Virus record (IMG/VR): IMGVR_UViG_3300045988_022519
Span: 1-57,776 of that record
DNA length: 57,776 nucleotides
From: a virus
Reading direction: 5' to 3' (one strand)
In this document: piece after piece, positions 57,726 through 57,776 of the stretch
How the letters are laid out: the number at the start of each line of letters is the position of its first letter
Position numbering within the stretch: position 1 is the stretch's first letter
Position numbers and translations under genes: made by a program
Notes under the pieces: generated by a model
Seen by the model: the letters and a program-made list of their open reading frames with translations, nothing else
Told to the model about the DNA's origin: nothing
Databases searched by the model: none

Positions 57726-57776
57726 GATTTATCCTTTCTATTCATTATGTTCAATGTTTTGATCGCGAAAAAAAAT
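57678..57776. repeat. Terminal direct repeat, right copy (identical to 1-99)
   Basis: Exact 99-nt identity with the window start. Confidence 0.95.
57741..57768 (-). promoter_or_regulatory. Conserved 28-nt promoter-like motif
   Basis: Minus strand TCGCGATCAAAACATTGAACATAATGAA, upstream of 57510-57725. Confidence 0.6.

Overview
This window looks like a complete tailed-phage (siphovirus-type) genome of about 57.7 kb. Bases 1-99 recur exactly at 57678-57776, which fits a closed-circle assembly overlap or a short terminal redundancy, giving a unique length of 57677 bp. All credible genes (about 80) are on the minus strand; the long plus-strand ORFs are antisense shadows. In transcription order (high to low coordinates): (i) 57.7-48.4 kb is an AT-rich early region of small, often membrane-spanning ORFs. 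Many have their own copy of a conserved 28-nt promoter-like motif and a hairpin terminator, and the region includes a guanylate/dNMP-kinase-like gene. (ii) 48.4-38.1 kb is a replication module: an SF3-helicase/AEP-primase/PolB-exonuclease fusion, thyA, the separately encoded PolB palm half (a split polymerase), an SSB-like protein and an SF2 helicase. (iii) 37.74-38.14 kb is a 400-bp non-coding region dense in dyad symmetries and direct repeats. (iv) Next come two homing-endonuclease-like genes, VRR-NUC and PD-(D/E)XK nucleases, and a 930-aa protein carrying both double-psi beta-barrel signatures of a YonO/RdRP-like single-chain RNA polymerase, flanked by HTH modules. (v) From 32.3 kb downwards is one uninterrupted late operon. 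It holds a structured leader, a TerS-like gene, dcd, TerL, six paralogues sharing the N-terminal motif HFGVKGMKWGVR (interrupted by an HNH endonuclease and a connector gene), a portal candidate, and a protease-capsid fusion with a candidate -1 frameshift Ig-like extension. It continues with tail genes, an amidase+SH3b endolysin embedded in the tail module, a 1983-aa tape measure, Dit, a 1701-aa Tal/fibre, receptor-binding-type proteins, a GC-richer accessory cassette and a holin. Strong AAAGGAG Shine-Dalgarno sites and the amidase/SH3b lysin suggest a Gram-positive (Firmicutes) host. I saw no integrase or repressor, no rRNA, no canonical tRNA and no CRISPR array. Everything rests on reading the sequence and ORF translations by eye: family calls are motif recognition from memory, not database hits, and hairpin and repeat coordinates were derived by hand.
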